A stretch of 62,963 bases of DNA, counting the filler, from Limisphaerales bacterium (lineage in GTDB: Bacteria > Verrucomicrobiota > Verrucomicrobiia > Limisphaerales > SIBE01): the NCBI GenBank assembly GCA_044225505.1. It is 4 parts of 4 records of this genome, joined end to end, with 100 filler letters (N's around TTAATTAATTAA, not from the genome) between each part and the next. Parts side by side here need not be neighbours in the genome. Positions count along the whole stretch, not along the records: positions 32,935 to 49,485 come from JBGAIN010000181.1; 3 more parts are not named here. One strand, written 5' to 3'. Position 1 is the stretch's first letter. Each line of letters begins with the position of its first letter. The translations under genes and the position numbers were made by a program. Below are positions 38,446-48,825 of this stretch, piece by piece. The notes beneath the pieces were generated by a model. It searched no databases. It was not told the origin of the DNA and was given only the letters and a program-made list of their open reading frames with translations.

Positions 38446-38654
38446 GAATCGTAATTTGTTCGCGAGATTCGTTCCCTCGCGTTACCAGATTCGCGCCGTT
38501 GAGCCCGAGTGAACGCAGTGGTCTCTACACAGCGGTAACCGCGAGGCGTAGCCGGAAGCAACAGGACATTTTGCGTGGCAGCGACTATGACTAAGAACCT
38601 GGCTTTCTTATCCCTGGTTTTCAGCGGCATGAGCATTGCGGTTCGTAGAGCAGC

Positions 38655-39380
38655 TTACGGCTGGTCGAATTCCTCTTTGAGCACGATGGCCAGGTCGGTC
38701 AACAGTCGATCGCAGGAGCCGCGGTAAGACGATCCGTGCATGACCGCCAAAAGCTCCGGCTTCAGCTCGGCCAACCCGCGCAGGAGGCCCGGAGTTTGGC
38801 TGGTGTAGGGCATGTAACCGCGTAATGGCCCCTGCCCCAGCTGCCGCATCGCTTTACGCGTGGGACCGATCAAGTCCCCGTCCGTGAGCGCCTCGACATT
38901 GCCGAAGTGGTGGAATAGATCGGAACAAAACAGTGTCTTGCCCGTTTCTTCAAACATCACGCACGAATCCCAGCCATGAGGAAGATGCGGCGAATGATGG
39001 AATCGAAATCGGTACCGGCCGGTCTCGAGTGTGTCATTGGCCGTCATTCCACGCGCCGGGCGGATGGCGAAATCATCGACGCTGACCAACTTACCGACGA
39101 GGGTGCAGACCGGTTGGGCTTGGGGCGCCAGCTCCAACCAATGGTTCAGCGCGCCGCACTCATCGGATTCAAAATGACTCCACGCCACATGCCGCAGGTC
39201 AGAGGGATTGATCAGCTTTCCCACGGCTTCGCGCAGGTCTGGAAACATGGCCTGCAATCCGGTGTGAAAGAGGAGCGGTTCTTCGTCGCGGACCAGGAAG
39301 TGGTTAAACTGCATGTCGAAGTCCGGGGTATAAATCGACAGACGGAATAAATCAGGCGCAATTTCATCAACGGTCGTCAT
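38655..39380 (-). CDS. MBL-fold metallo-hydrolase (FprA/ODP-like)
   Basis: SHFESDECG, PHLPHGWD, LFCSDLF, MHGS. Confidence 0.88.
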   Translation of the reverse strand: MTTVDEIAPDLFRLSIYTPDFDMQFNHFLVRDEEPLLFHTGLQAMFPDLREAVGKLINPSDLRHVAWSHFESDECGALNHWLELAPQAQPVCTLVGKLVSVDDFAIRPARGMTANDTLETGRYRFRFHHSPHLPHGWDSCVMFEETGKTLFCSDLFHHFGNVEALTDGDLIGPTRKAMRQLGQGPLRGYMPYTSQTPGLLRGLAELKPELLAVMHGSSYRGSCDRLLTDLAIVLKEEFDQP

Positions 39381-39948
39381 AGAACTGGTGCGTTCGGATC
39401 TCCGTTATCTAACCGAAAAGGGCGCGAAGGCAAATAGAACCAACGGCCCACCCGGGTCAACACCCTGCTCCATCCCGCAGCCTACGGAGCACAACGGGAG
39501 GAATCGTTGCCGGTTTAGGTATTCTGAGGCGTGATCGTAAGCGAAGGGAACATCAGTTCGATATTACGAAAAGGCTGGGATAAAGATACCAATTCAAACG
39601 ATGCCGTCGCCGCTTTGGCACCAGGACAAAAGTTCTCATATCATGAACAGGTCATATTGTATCCTCCTGCGGAACCAACAGAGTCGACCTGGCGCTCACC
39701 TGTTTAGGTGCGGCAGTTTCTCCGTCCTTGTTGCCACTTTTTCACGGAGCCTAAACATGGCGGCGCGGCCCCGGGAATGAACGCGATTCTTCGCGTGTAT
39801 CTGGAATCGGGCCAATCCGTCATTGTGTTATGCAACCTGACAGTTCTTCGGCTTCGCGTATCGGTGATTGGCTCCACGCCCGCATGCCACTCCATGAATT
39901 CCACGTCATTCGTGCCGCGGTGGATGATGCCATCAAGCAAGTCCCACC

Positions 39949-42189
39949 TCACCATCGCGGCGCCACCGCGTTGTCAGGCGCTACCTGACGGCGGTATTCA
40001 TCCACCAGCAATCCGATGCGCGCCGCTGGAATCGGCTTGAAGGCGGGGTTGCCTTCCATCACGAGAGTGTCAATAGGCAAAGAAAACTCACCGGTGTTCC
40101 GATTAATGAAACTGAGGTTTACCGGTGCCGCCGCGGAGCCTTTCAAGTCCCGGAATCCTTTGAGGCCACGGGCTAACACCACGTTGCTCGCTCCCTTAGA
40201 ATTTACCGCCAGGTTGTCGGCGATGGTCAGTCGGTCGAGCAGTTTTCTGACGTTCCCATCGAAGCTGCACAACTCCTTGGTGCAATCCACAAAGACATTG
40301 TCCTCGATGGTGTTGCCAAGGGGTTGCTGAGGGTCTTCTTGCATGATTCGAGCTAGTTTGGGATAGCGCTCGCTCCAGGGCGGCCGAGTATACTGCAGCC
40401 TTTGAGCCTTGGCCTCCAGATGCCAACTGGCATCGGCAGGATCGTTCCATTGTTTCCATGTCATCCCCCGCGAGTCCAAGTGAAGCCCAATCGGACAATC
40501 CACGACCAGGTTGCCCACGATGATATTGTCGCGACCGCCGCCAATCATGATGGCCCGGCCCGCGCGGTAGAAAATGTTCCCTTCCAAAGTGTCGCCGCTG
40601 TCGCAATCATCCAGATAGACACCCATCGTGTTCACGTGCCCGGCATCGCCACTCCCCAAGTCATGAATATAATTATTCCGCAAAATATTGCCTTGGCTGG
40701 TCCAATCGCGCCCGGTGTAGAACGCGCCGGCGTCTCCGGTCTCCATCACGACGCGATACACTTCGTTGCCTTCAAAAAGGTGCTCGTTGCCGCCGTAAAG
40801 GACCGCGTTGTGAGGCGCATCGTGAATGCAATTGTTCCGGGCGATCTGACCACAACCCTCGGCACCGATTCCTGGCGCATAAGTCCGTTGGAAAAGGCCG
40901 TAATGATGAATGTGATTGTTGACGGCCAAGTTCCGTGCCGGGGTTAGGGATTGACGGTCACCGCCGTTCAGACTGATCCCGCCCCGGCCCAATTGATAAA
41001 GATCGCACGAACGAATCACGTTATCCTTGCCATCGACGGAGATACCGCCGCCCGCCAGGTTGGCAATGCGGCAACCTGCGATCTCGATGGCTTCGCAGTT
41101 CTGCAGCACCAATCCGTCCCCGTGGCTACCGTCGAACGCCAGCCCAATAAGCTGGATGTGCTTGGCATCGCGCAGGCGAAGCATGGGCTCCGTCAACGTG
41201 GCCAGAGTGATGTTCGCACCCTCCATCGGCGCGGGCGGATAGAAGTAGAGATGATGGCGCTCGCGGTCCAGGTACCACTCGCCCGGGGCATCCAACTCTT
41301 CGAGCAGGTTCATGGCAAAGAACCGACGTTTTGAGGCACCCCAGGTTCCAGCGGCAATACCATAATTGTGAGGCGCGGCCAGCGTGATGACCTTTTTCTC
41401 CCGATCATAGGCGCCGATTCGCAGAACTTCGTCGGACCAGTCGTGGGTCCAATAGCCGAGTAGCCACACTCCATCCTCGATTTTCCATCGGCTCGGGCGG
41501 AGGTCATCGAACTGAAATGAGCCAGGGTGGGCTCGGCGCAGGCCGGGATCAGCCGCGTCGGGTTGTGGCAATCCGGTGTCCACCGCTTTGGTGAACTCGG
41601 CCCAACCACCTCCGGAAGCTTCTGGGTTTGGCCAGCGAGCGAGCACCATCGGTCGTCCATTGCAGTACAACCATGGTCCAGATGGCGCGCCGCGAAAGGC
41701 TGGCTTAAACGGTAGGAACGGCCTGAGACCTTGCTTGGCCAGGTCGCATGCCATCACCTTGCCCCGAACTTCCGGCACAAGCCGTGACAGCACCGCCGCA
41801 TCGGTGACCAGGCCGAAGGCTGCCGAGGGAAGCGTAACGCCGCCTTGAATCCGGACTGTGCCAGGCTGCTGGGCGCGGTAGATTACGGGGGCTTCAGCCG
41901 TGCCGCTGTCGTCGGCGGTCAATTCAAAAGTCGACTCCAACCGGTATTCGCCCGGATTCAGGGATACGACGGCCGGTTTTCCGGCCGCGACGCCACCAGC
42001 GCGCCGAGCCACCCGCAACGCGTCCCGGGCCTTCCCAAGAGATTGAAACGGACGGCCATTGCTGCCGTCGCCGTTGGGGCCGGCACTGGGCGACACGAGA
42101 TAATCGGATGAGGCGCCGTAAGCCCCGATCGCGCCGACCATGGCGGCCAACGCACAGACCCGCCCTCTGAATCTGGAAAAAAGTTGCAT
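39949..42189 (-). CDS. Secreted right-handed parallel beta-helix protein (probable polysaccharide-active enzyme)
   Basis: RPFQSL..ARD, LARWPN, EELDAPGEWYLD, DAGAFY, GVYLDD. Confidence 0.85.
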   Translation of the reverse strand: MQLFSRFRGRVCALAAMVGAIGAYGASSDYLVSPSAGPNGDGSNGRPFQSLGKARDALRVARRAGGVAAGKPAVVSLNPGEYRLESTFELTADDSGTAEAPVIYRAQQPGTVRIQGGVTLPSAAFGLVTDAAVLSRLVPEVRGKVMACDLAKQGLRPFLPFKPAFRGAPSGPWLYCNGRPMVLARWPNPEASGGGWAEFTKAVDTGLPQPDAADPGLRRAHPGSFQFDDLRPSRWKIEDGVWLLGYWTHDWSDEVLRIGAYDREKKVITLAAPHNYGIAAGTWGASKRRFFAMNLLEELDAPGEWYLDRERHHLYFYPPAPMEGANITLATLTEPMLRLRDAKHIQLIGLAFDGSHGDGLVLQNCEAIEIAGCRIANLAGGGISVDGKDNVIRSCDLYQLGRGGISLNGGDRQSLTPARNLAVNNHIHHYGLFQRTYAPGIGAEGCGQIARNNCIHDAPHNAVLYGGNEHLFEGNEVYRVVMETGDAGAFYTGRDWTSQGNILRNNYIHDLGSGDAGHVNTMGVYLDDCDSGDTLEGNIFYRAGRAIMIGGGRDNIIVGNLVVDCPIGLHLDSRGMTWKQWNDPADASWHLEAKAQRLQYTRPPWSERYPKLARIMQEDPQQPLGNTIEDNVFVDCTKELCSFDGNVRKLLDRLTIADNLAVNSKGASNVVLARGLKGFRDLKGSAAAPVNLSFINRNTGEFSLPIDTLVMEGNPAFKPIPAARIGLLVDEYRRQVAPDNAVAPRW

Positions 42190-42203
42190 AGACACAGGCT
42201 ATC

Positions 42204-43085
42204 TCATGGCTGAGCTTGCGGCGTGAGGACTTTGATCCGGATATTTTTGAACTCGGTCCACATGGGTTTTCCGGCGTGTAGTTGTAAGGCGATGATGCCT
42301 TCCTTGAGGGCCAATTGCGGATCCGCATCGGTGAAATCCAGAATCAGAGTGCCATTGAGGAAATGCCGCATGTGATTTCCTTCGGCCACAATCACAACGT
42401 CGTTCCAGTCGTCGAGGTGGAAGAGGCGTTTGTACCCTTCGGCGTCCAGGAGTGTTCCGATCAAGTTCTTTTTCCCATTCTCCCAAATCACTTTCTCACC
42501 CGCGAGACACATTCGCCCCCGTTTACCGCCTTCGTCATAAATAAACCCCGTCACACTCGGGAGTGTATTCTCGTTGCGAATTTCATGCTGGTAACCTCGC
42601 ACGACCCAGTTGTTGGCAAGGTTGCCATCGGTAATGTGCTTGGACCGATACTGGATCCCGGAGTTATTGTCGGCGGTGCATCGGAAAGAGAGACGGAGTT
42701 CGAAATCGCTGAAGTGCTGATCTTTGAGAATCAGGAAGGTGTTTCCCTTGGCCGGAGCGTCTGGCGTCGTCTGGCCGCGAATAGCACCCTCTTTGACCGA
42801 CCATAACCGGGGATCACCCTCCCAGCCAGCCAGATCCTTCCCGTTGAAGAGTGCTTTCATCCCTATTGGCTCTGGCGGAGCAGCCAGGGAGGGCCCTGCG
42901 TCCGCCGCTTGGGCCAAAGGGCCGGCAAGTACTATAAGTGCGCAGAAAAGCTGAGCAACAAGGTCAATACTTCGCGCGAGTCCCAACTTGGATCTGTCGG
43001 CATCCAACAGAGATGGGCTCTGAATTCCAGGCGCCAGGATCAGGCGTTCTGAGGATGAGGGGCAATGCATATTCGGCAGGTTCAT
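42204..43085 (-). CDS. DUF1080 (3-keto-disaccharide hydrolase) protein
   Basis: LFNGKDLAGW, DFEL, NSGIQYRS, GYQ, WN, GIIALQLH, FKNIRIK. Confidence 0.92.
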   Translation of the reverse strand: MNLPNMHCPSSSERLILAPGIQSPSLLDADRSKLGLARSIDLVAQLFCALIVLAGPLAQAADAGPSLAAPPEPIGMKALFNGKDLAGWEGDPRLWSVKEGAIRGQTTPDAPAKGNTFLILKDQHFSDFELRLSFRCTADNNSGIQYRSKHITDGNLANNWVVRGYQHEIRNENTLPSVTGFIYDEGGKRGRMCLAGEKVIWENGKKNLIGTLLDAEGYKRLFHLDDWNDVVIVAEGNHMRHFLNGTLILDFTDADPQLALKEGIIALQLHAGKPMWTEFKNIRIKVLTPQAQP

Positions 43086-43150
43086 TTAAGCCGAGTATGA
43101 ACTTTAGAACGAAAGCGGCAAGTATTCGCCAGCCGTTGCAGCAACCCCAC

Positions 43151-43447
43151 TTACTTCACATTCCTTTTAGGCAGAGGCTTGCCGATATTCTTTGCGATGC
43201 GTCTTAAAAGGCTGTCGCACGATCCATTCTCGACATGAAGTGTGATGCCCGCGAATTCGTCGAAGTGTAGCACCACCGTGGTGTTTTCGATATCGTAATC
43301 CCAGTATCGTTGGTCGGGGCTGTCTAAACGCCGAACTTGCCTCGCTCCGCAATGCGCCTCAAGCCGCGAGGCGTACACCTCGAACGTTGATCCTTCATCT
43401 GAGAGATCAATAGTCAACCGTCCACGAGCGTCGCGCTGCTCTTTCAT
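43151..43447 (-). CDS. Small hypothetical protein (DUF3630-like)
   Basis: 98-aa ORF with DSPDQRYWDY...VLH motif. Confidence 0.55.
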   Translation of the reverse strand: MKEQRDARGRLTIDLSDEGSTFEVYASRLEAHCGARQVRRLDSPDQRYWDYDIENTTVVLHFDEFAGITLHVENGSCDSLLRRIAKNIGKPLPKRNVK

Positions 43448-43712
43448 GTTACCCTCAGGAAACGATTCGAAGCACTCGAAGGAACACTCACGACATCACC
43501 GCCAAGCCAGCCACAATCCCAGAGGCGAGCGATCATTGGCGCAGATTGCATCACACTCAACCTAAGGGTCAACATCCGAAGCCAGCTGACGTGCCGATCA
43601 AGCTTGCTTGCCGCCTAAGCTGCATGTTCATCCCGGGAAATTGCGCGTTGAGAACTGAATGAGCAATCACCCGTCACCCGCTTGACGCCACAGCCGGACG
43701 GAAACCGCGGCG

Positions 43713-44146
43713 TTAGCCCTTAACTCCGCTGCCTTGATCCATCAATGGCCCGTCGTTCTTGGCAATTTCATCTGCTGACACAAACCAGGGAGCATGCTCT
43801 GCCCAATAAATGTTCGCCTGAGGCCTCATCCCTGGATCTGAATCCAATGATCCGCTCGGCACAACCCAGAACTGCCGGTTCCGGCTTAGCTTCGGCAACG
43901 GCGCACCGCAACTCCTGCAAAAGCAACGCGGGAATCCGGGGTTCTCCTTCGTATCGACAAAGAGTTGGGTAAGATCTTCGCCTTGTGTCCATCGAACGGA
44001 ACCTCCAGGAAATGCCAGGTTCGCCGCATGAATAGAGCCACTCGACTTTTGACAGGAACGGCAATGGCAATAGAGAAACTTAATTGGAGCCAGTAACCTC
44101 AAAAGTTACCTTACCACATAAAGCAGGATCCTATAACTGGCTTCAT
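43713..44146 (-). pseudogene. GFA (CENP-V/Mss4-like) family gene with two 5' frameshifts
   Basis: MKPVIGSC / LCGKVTFEVT / APIKFLYCHCRSCQK...RCFCRSCG lie in three successive frames. Confidence 0.75.
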
Positions 44147-44690
44147 AATATTTTGCCGAACGACAATAGCGAACGACAGCCACCGTCCAAGCGGTGGCAC
44201 CCCCTCCCCTCCTGTGATATCCCAGAGGTAGCAAGCAAATTAACCAGCAAGCTTGGTTCCGACGATGCGTTCGCCCTTTTGGTCCTGAGCCGTGTCGTGA
44301 CTCTCGCGCAGAATTTCTACCCTCAGCACGGCGCCCTCCACTCGCAATGACGTCGTCACCTCTCCGCCAGGCCCCAGGCCTCTGACCGATCCATCGAGCC
44401 GTATCAGTTTGCCCACCGTTGGACACCCCGCCTGATTCCTGATCTCAAATTCGTGCCACCGACGAGAGCAACAGAAACAGCTCGTCGCCGTCCAGCCGGT
44501 GCTTGGGATGGAGCGTCGGGCGAGGTTCTGGACTCAGTGCTGCCGATGGGATACGACAGGATGCGCCACACTCAGTAGATTGAGACCAGACCACCCGCCA
44601 GGAACGGAACGCTAACCCCCATGACGATAAGCCGGCGCATGACTATCGTTGTGGTTCTGTTCGTGCCGTAAGGTTTCTTTCCCTGATGCC

Positions 44691-45107
44691 TTAAGCCGAT
44701 TTAGAACAAATCGCCACGGAATTTGCGGCGCCTAGATCAGGGCCGCCGTTTGCTACGTTACCTGGACCGGCTCTTTCGGTTAGCGGAGGACAGTCGCAAC
44801 GGCTGCGGCGTATCCAAGGAATGCAAACCGTCGAGACAAGTGCGAGGACGGCTAAAATGATCGCACCGACGAAGAACCATTCGGAGTTAAGACTCCACTC
44901 CTGATGTCCGTTGATCGTCTTGGATGCGCTCAGGTGAATGAACGATCTTCCCCACAGCCCAATTAATAGCCCACCCCATGACAAAGCGAGAGACGGCGGC
45001 CAGCGTGAGGAACGCAGCCAAAGATTGCGATAGAGAGCCCCTAGAGAAGCCCCGCAACTGAGCAGCCATACTGCCGATGCCACCGCAATCATCGAGCCAA
45101 ATGCCAT
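44691..45107 (-). CDS. Hypothetical membrane protein (3 hydrophobic segments)
   Basis: 138-aa ORF; no family recognised. Confidence 0.45.
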   Translation of the reverse strand: MAFGSMIAVASAVWLLSCGASLGALYRNLWLRSSRWPPSLALSWGGLLIGLWGRSFIHLSASKTINGHQEWSLNSEWFFVGAIILAVLALVSTVCIPWIRRSRCDCPPLTERAGPGNVANGGPDLGAANSVAICSKSA

Positions 45108-45259
45108 ACGCTTATCCTACCAGTGCAAGAAGTCCTCGAACATCACAAAAACACAAACCGTCCACAACTCCGCATAGTTGGGACGCAGCCACTTGCGCGA
45201 TCGGAAACCGGCTCGTAAGCACGGCCGTGCTTACGGCCAAACCAGTGCCCGTTGAAATC

Positions 45260-45485
45260 CCGGATGGTCAAACGAGTCGAACGTGGCCACCCTCAATCAA
45301 TTACGACGGGGAGCGAGAAACTGCCTGTGGGTGTGTGTGCTGACTGAATTCGGGCCGATGAACTGGAAGCGAATGCTGACTTACGTCACGGGATCCGTCG
45401 ACGAAGAGCTCCTCGCCCGAAATGGGTATCTGGTCACGGAGAATCGAATCCTGCGCAACCCGATCCAGTGTCGAATTCGGCTCGC
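45260..45485 (+). mobile_element. Truncated 5' remnant of an IS related to the one at 46263
   Basis: CCGGATGGTCAAACGAGTCGAA matches the left end CCGTAGAGTCAAACCAGTCGAA. ATG at 45358 encodes MNWKRMLTYVTGSVDEELLARN, nearly identical to 46359. Confidence 0.85.
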
Positions 45486-45546
45486 CTGCAAGTCGGCAAT
45501 CGCTGCGTAGGAAGCGGATACTGGCGCCGAATCGCGATTCCCAGCG

Positions 45547-45845
45547 TTATGAAGTACCGAGCCTCCGCCGAAGAGGCAAACCGGCTTGGCGAACCTTGGC
45601 CTCGGTCAGCACGCTGTCATAGGGTACCCTCCGGAGCTCAACCTCGCGCTTCAAAGCGTCGTAAACCACATAAGCTGCGAGCGGACTGGAGTCGCGCGGT
45701 TCGCCGACGCTGCCCACATTCACCAGGTACTTGCGTCCAGGTTGGGCTATGAGTCGTGAAAATGGACCACATTGAACCGTGGCATCTCGGGTAAACGCGA
45801 GCGGCACATGAGTGTGGCCGAATAAGCAAATAGCGGTGTTTTGGT
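45547..45845 (-). pseudogene. C-terminal fragment of a calcineurin-like metallophosphoesterase
   Basis: LFGHTHVP, NVGSVGEPRD, AAYVVYD, LRRVPYD; N-terminal motifs absent. Confidence 0.8.
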
Positions 45846-46268
45846 ATGGGTCCGAACGAACTCCAGTTTGACCACCGACTGCATCCAGCAGAGCCGGGCT
45901 ATGAGTGCATCGCCGATATCGGAAGCGGCGGCTATGGTCGCGTTTATCTCTTCTCGAGGGCCTCTGCGGGTTCACCAGATTACGTGGCGGGTAAATTCGT
46001 ATATCGGGACGTCTTTGAATCGACCGGCAACGACGACAGCGACTCGGCTTATGCGCGAGCTTTCGAGGGATTGCGAAGGTTTCGGTCGCTCACGTCGGAA
46101 TCACCTCACCTGTTGCGCATCTTCGATGTGCGCCAGCGTCCTGGATACTTCTGCTATTTCATGGAACTGGCGGACGACCTTGTTTCCGGGCGCACTATTG
46201 ACCCCAGCCAGTACAAGCCCAAATCCCTGAAAAACGAGTTGGAACGTTCGGGACAACGACAGCCGTAG
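45846..46268 (+). pseudogene. N-terminal fragment of a Ser/Thr protein kinase, cut at the IS left end
   Basis: IGSGGYGRVY, VAGK, LLRIFDV, YFMELADD; no HRD or DFG; stop lies inside the IS end. Confidence 0.8.
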
Positions 46269-47446
46269 AGTCAAACCAGTCGAAAGGCTCCGATCGCAAG
46301 CAGTTACGATGAGAGTCAGCCGTTGCCCGCGGGCACGTGAGCTGGTTGAATTTGGTCTATGAATTGGAAGCGAATGCTTGCATACGTCACGGGTTCCGTT
46401 GACGAAGAGTTGCTGGCCCGCAATGAGTATCTGGTGACTGAAAACCGGATTCTGCGCAATCAGATCCAGGGTCGGATTCGGCTCACTGATCCCGAACGGA
46501 TCAGTCTGGCCCCGACGGCCAAGCAACTTGGGCGCAAAGCGCTAGATGAGGTAGCGCAAATCGTGCGACCGGAAACGATCCTAGGGTGGCACCGCCGGTT
46601 GATCGCCAAGAAGTTCGACGGCTCAAAGAATCGGGCGCCCAAGAAGGGCGGCTCGACGAACGATGAGATTGAGAAACTGATCCTGCAGTTGGCTCGGGAG
46701 AATCGCAGTTGAGGCTATCGGCGGATCGTGTGTGCCCTGGGCAATCTCGGGCACGAAGTCAGTCATCAGACCGTGGCCAATGCTTTGAAACGACACGACA
46801 TCGCGCCCGCACCCGAGCGCGGGCGAACGATGAGTTGGCGTGAATTCATTCGGTCGCATGTGGAAGTCCTGGCCGCAGTGGATTTTTTCACAGTCGAAGT
46901 TTGGACGGCCAGCGGATTGATGACCTTCTACGTGCTATCGTGCATGCGAGTGGCCGCGCGCCAGATATGCATCGCTGGAATCACGACCTCACCGGACCAG
47001 CGCTGGATGGAGCAGATGGCGCGAAACATGAGCTTTGCGGACACCTGTTTTCTCAACGGCTGCCGTTATCTGCTTCATGATCGAGATGCAAAATTCTGTA
47101 ACGCCTTCACCGGGATCCTGGAGGGAGTCGGGATCAAGACGGTGAAATTGCCGGCGCGGAGTCCGAATTTGAATGCCAATTTGGAAAGGTGGCATAGATC
47201 TGTAAAAGAGGAGTGCCTGTCGAAGATGATTTTGTTCGGCGAGGCATCACTGCGACAGGTGTTATCAAATTACGTTCTCCATTTTCATGGTGAACGAAAT
47301 CACCAAGGCAAAGGGAATGCGATTCTCTTTCCCAGACCTGAGGACCGCATCGGTGAATCGACCGGCCAACTCCAGACGCGCGAGCGGCTCGGAGGCTTGT
47401 TGAAATTCTATTACCGCCAAGCCGCATGAGAGTTTTGACCTTACGG
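46263..47446 (+). mobile_element. Insertion sequence with rve/integrase-core transposase
   Basis: Imperfect terminal inverted repeats CCGTAGAGTCAAACC and GTTTTGACCTTACGG (12/15 match) enclose the transposase. No target-site duplication. Confidence 0.85.
46359..47429 (+). pseudogene. rve-domain transposase with a nonsense mutation at 46710-46712
   Basis: ENRS*GYRRI (expected ENxxWGYxRI, so TGG>TGA); AVDFFTVEV, HDRDAKF, NANLERW, ERLGGLLKFY. Confidence 0.88.
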
Positions 47447-47622
47447 GGTCGATCTTCGACCGGCAGGTAAACGAGATCGATGTCCACGGATAGGCGCGGG
47501 AAATTGCGCACGAAGAAATTGATCGCCGTGCCACCCTTGAGCGCAAAGCATGCTTCCGTGCTTACGAACGGGATGACCTGCACCAGCAGGTCGGCCTGCT
47601 TGAAGAAAGAGGTATTTATCAC
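47447..47622 (-). pseudogene. abiEii: AbiEii/AbiGii nucleotidyltransferase toxin, truncated after ~59 codons by the IS
   Basis: FALKGGTAINFF...PRLSVDIDL; toxin-like sequence ends exactly at the IS right end. Confidence 0.88.
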
Positions 47623-48410
47623 GGAGCGTCGTGTGGAGTTGCACTCGCTGCTGGGACGGTGATCAGGTATTTAGGATCGAGCCGACCGCCGGCCACGAAC
47701 ACCCGTTTGCCGCTGCCGAGCGAAACCTTTGTCAGTATTAATTGCTTGAGCCAAGCGTGACCGTGCTTTTCCGCCAGGTGGAGAAAAAGCCGCTTCGCTT
47801 TAACCGAGGTGCATGCCTCAAGGAGCGATTGCACCAAATCCGTCCGCAGCGTTCCGAGTCCCTCGAAGAGAAGATTGGCGTGCTCATATTCGGAATCGGT
47901 GGGCGAGAGATGCTGTATAAATTCGAGCGCTGCACGCTCCGGGGCTGACACGCTCACAACGAGTTCACCCTCGCGATGTTCTCGTAACCCTAGTTCGACG
48001 GGGAGGAAGTTCGTGCTGACATGGCACACGCGATTCGACCACGGCAGGCGTTTGAACCAAGCGGGAAGCCTCTCACCCGTCCGGCTGAAGAGGTAGAGAG
48101 GATACGCCTCGCCTAACGGAACGAAATGCGCGAGGCCTGCGAGTTCCAAAGCCGTGCGCCCGCCCGGATGAAACGACTTCGATCTCTGTTGGAGACCGAA
48201 GACCGCGCCCAGCCATGTTGGGGCGTCTGATTGAACGGCGAAGGCTCCATCACCGACACGGTGCAACCAGCCAGATCTGGCGTAGTAGTCTGCCAGGCGA
48301 CTCGATATGCCTTGGTCCTTAAGCCAGGCGGACGTAAGCACTGCATTGGCGGGTGCAGACATCAGGCGCTGGTTTATTCTTTTGCGCGCTGAACTAGTCT
48401 TGTGGGTCAT
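47619..48410 (-). CDS. abiEi: Type IV toxin-antitoxin antitoxin AbiEi
   Basis: LTSAWLKDQGIS...YARSGWL..VGDG, GGRTALEL, SAPERAALE, LLEACTSVKAKRLFL, LGSGKR; ATGA overlap with the toxin gene. Confidence 0.9.
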   Translation of the reverse strand: MTHKTSSARKRINQRLMSAPANAVLTSAWLKDQGISSRLADYYARSGWLHRVGDGAFAVQSDAPTWLGAVFGLQQRSKSFHPGGRTALELAGLAHFVPLGEAYPLYLFSRTGERLPAWFKRLPWSNRVCHVSTNFLPVELGLREHREGELVVSVSAPERAALEFIQHLSPTDSEYEHANLLFEGLGTLRTDLVQSLLEACTSVKAKRLFLHLAEKHGHAWLKQLILTKVSLGSGKRVFVAGGRLDPKYLITVPAASATPHDAP

Positions 48411-48414
48411 ATCT

Positions 48415-48448
48415 GCTAATAAATAAACCACGAGGTTTGTTTTTTGGC
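48415..48448. promoter_or_regulatory. Inverted repeat upstream of abiEi (candidate autorepression operator)
   Basis: GCTAATAAATAAACC-ACGA-GGTTTGTTTTTTGGC, 12/15 complementary, 4 nt from the start codon. Confidence 0.55.
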
Positions 48449-48825
48449 AAATAGAACAAGTATCGCTAGGTCAATCGGTGAAGCAATAAACCCCTACTCC
48501 AAGGAACCAATGCTCAGAAGACTAATCCGGGTGCGCTTACGCGCAATGGATCAGGACGAGGACGCTCTCACTTGGTTTGGAACCGGAAGCTCGTTGTGGC
48601 ACGGATCTCCCGCAGTCTAAAGGGGAGCTTCCCATCCCGGCGGCTGAAACATCGAATCGTGGGATATTGCCGGCCGGGGCAAATCCGGCGTGCCGGATCC
48701 TCCTTGGTGCAAGCTGTTTGTTGGGATCATCGTTGAGATGGTCGCAGCGGTCTTCGCTGATGCCAAAGGTGCGGAAATGGATGTCGGCAGAAATCAGCCA
48801 CCACAGGATTCATTGAGGATGCCAC

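Noticed and set aside
46710..46712. In-frame TGA in the transposase as possible recoding
   Set aside because: It replaces an expected Trp in a decayed element, and TGA is used as a normal stop elsewhere in the window.
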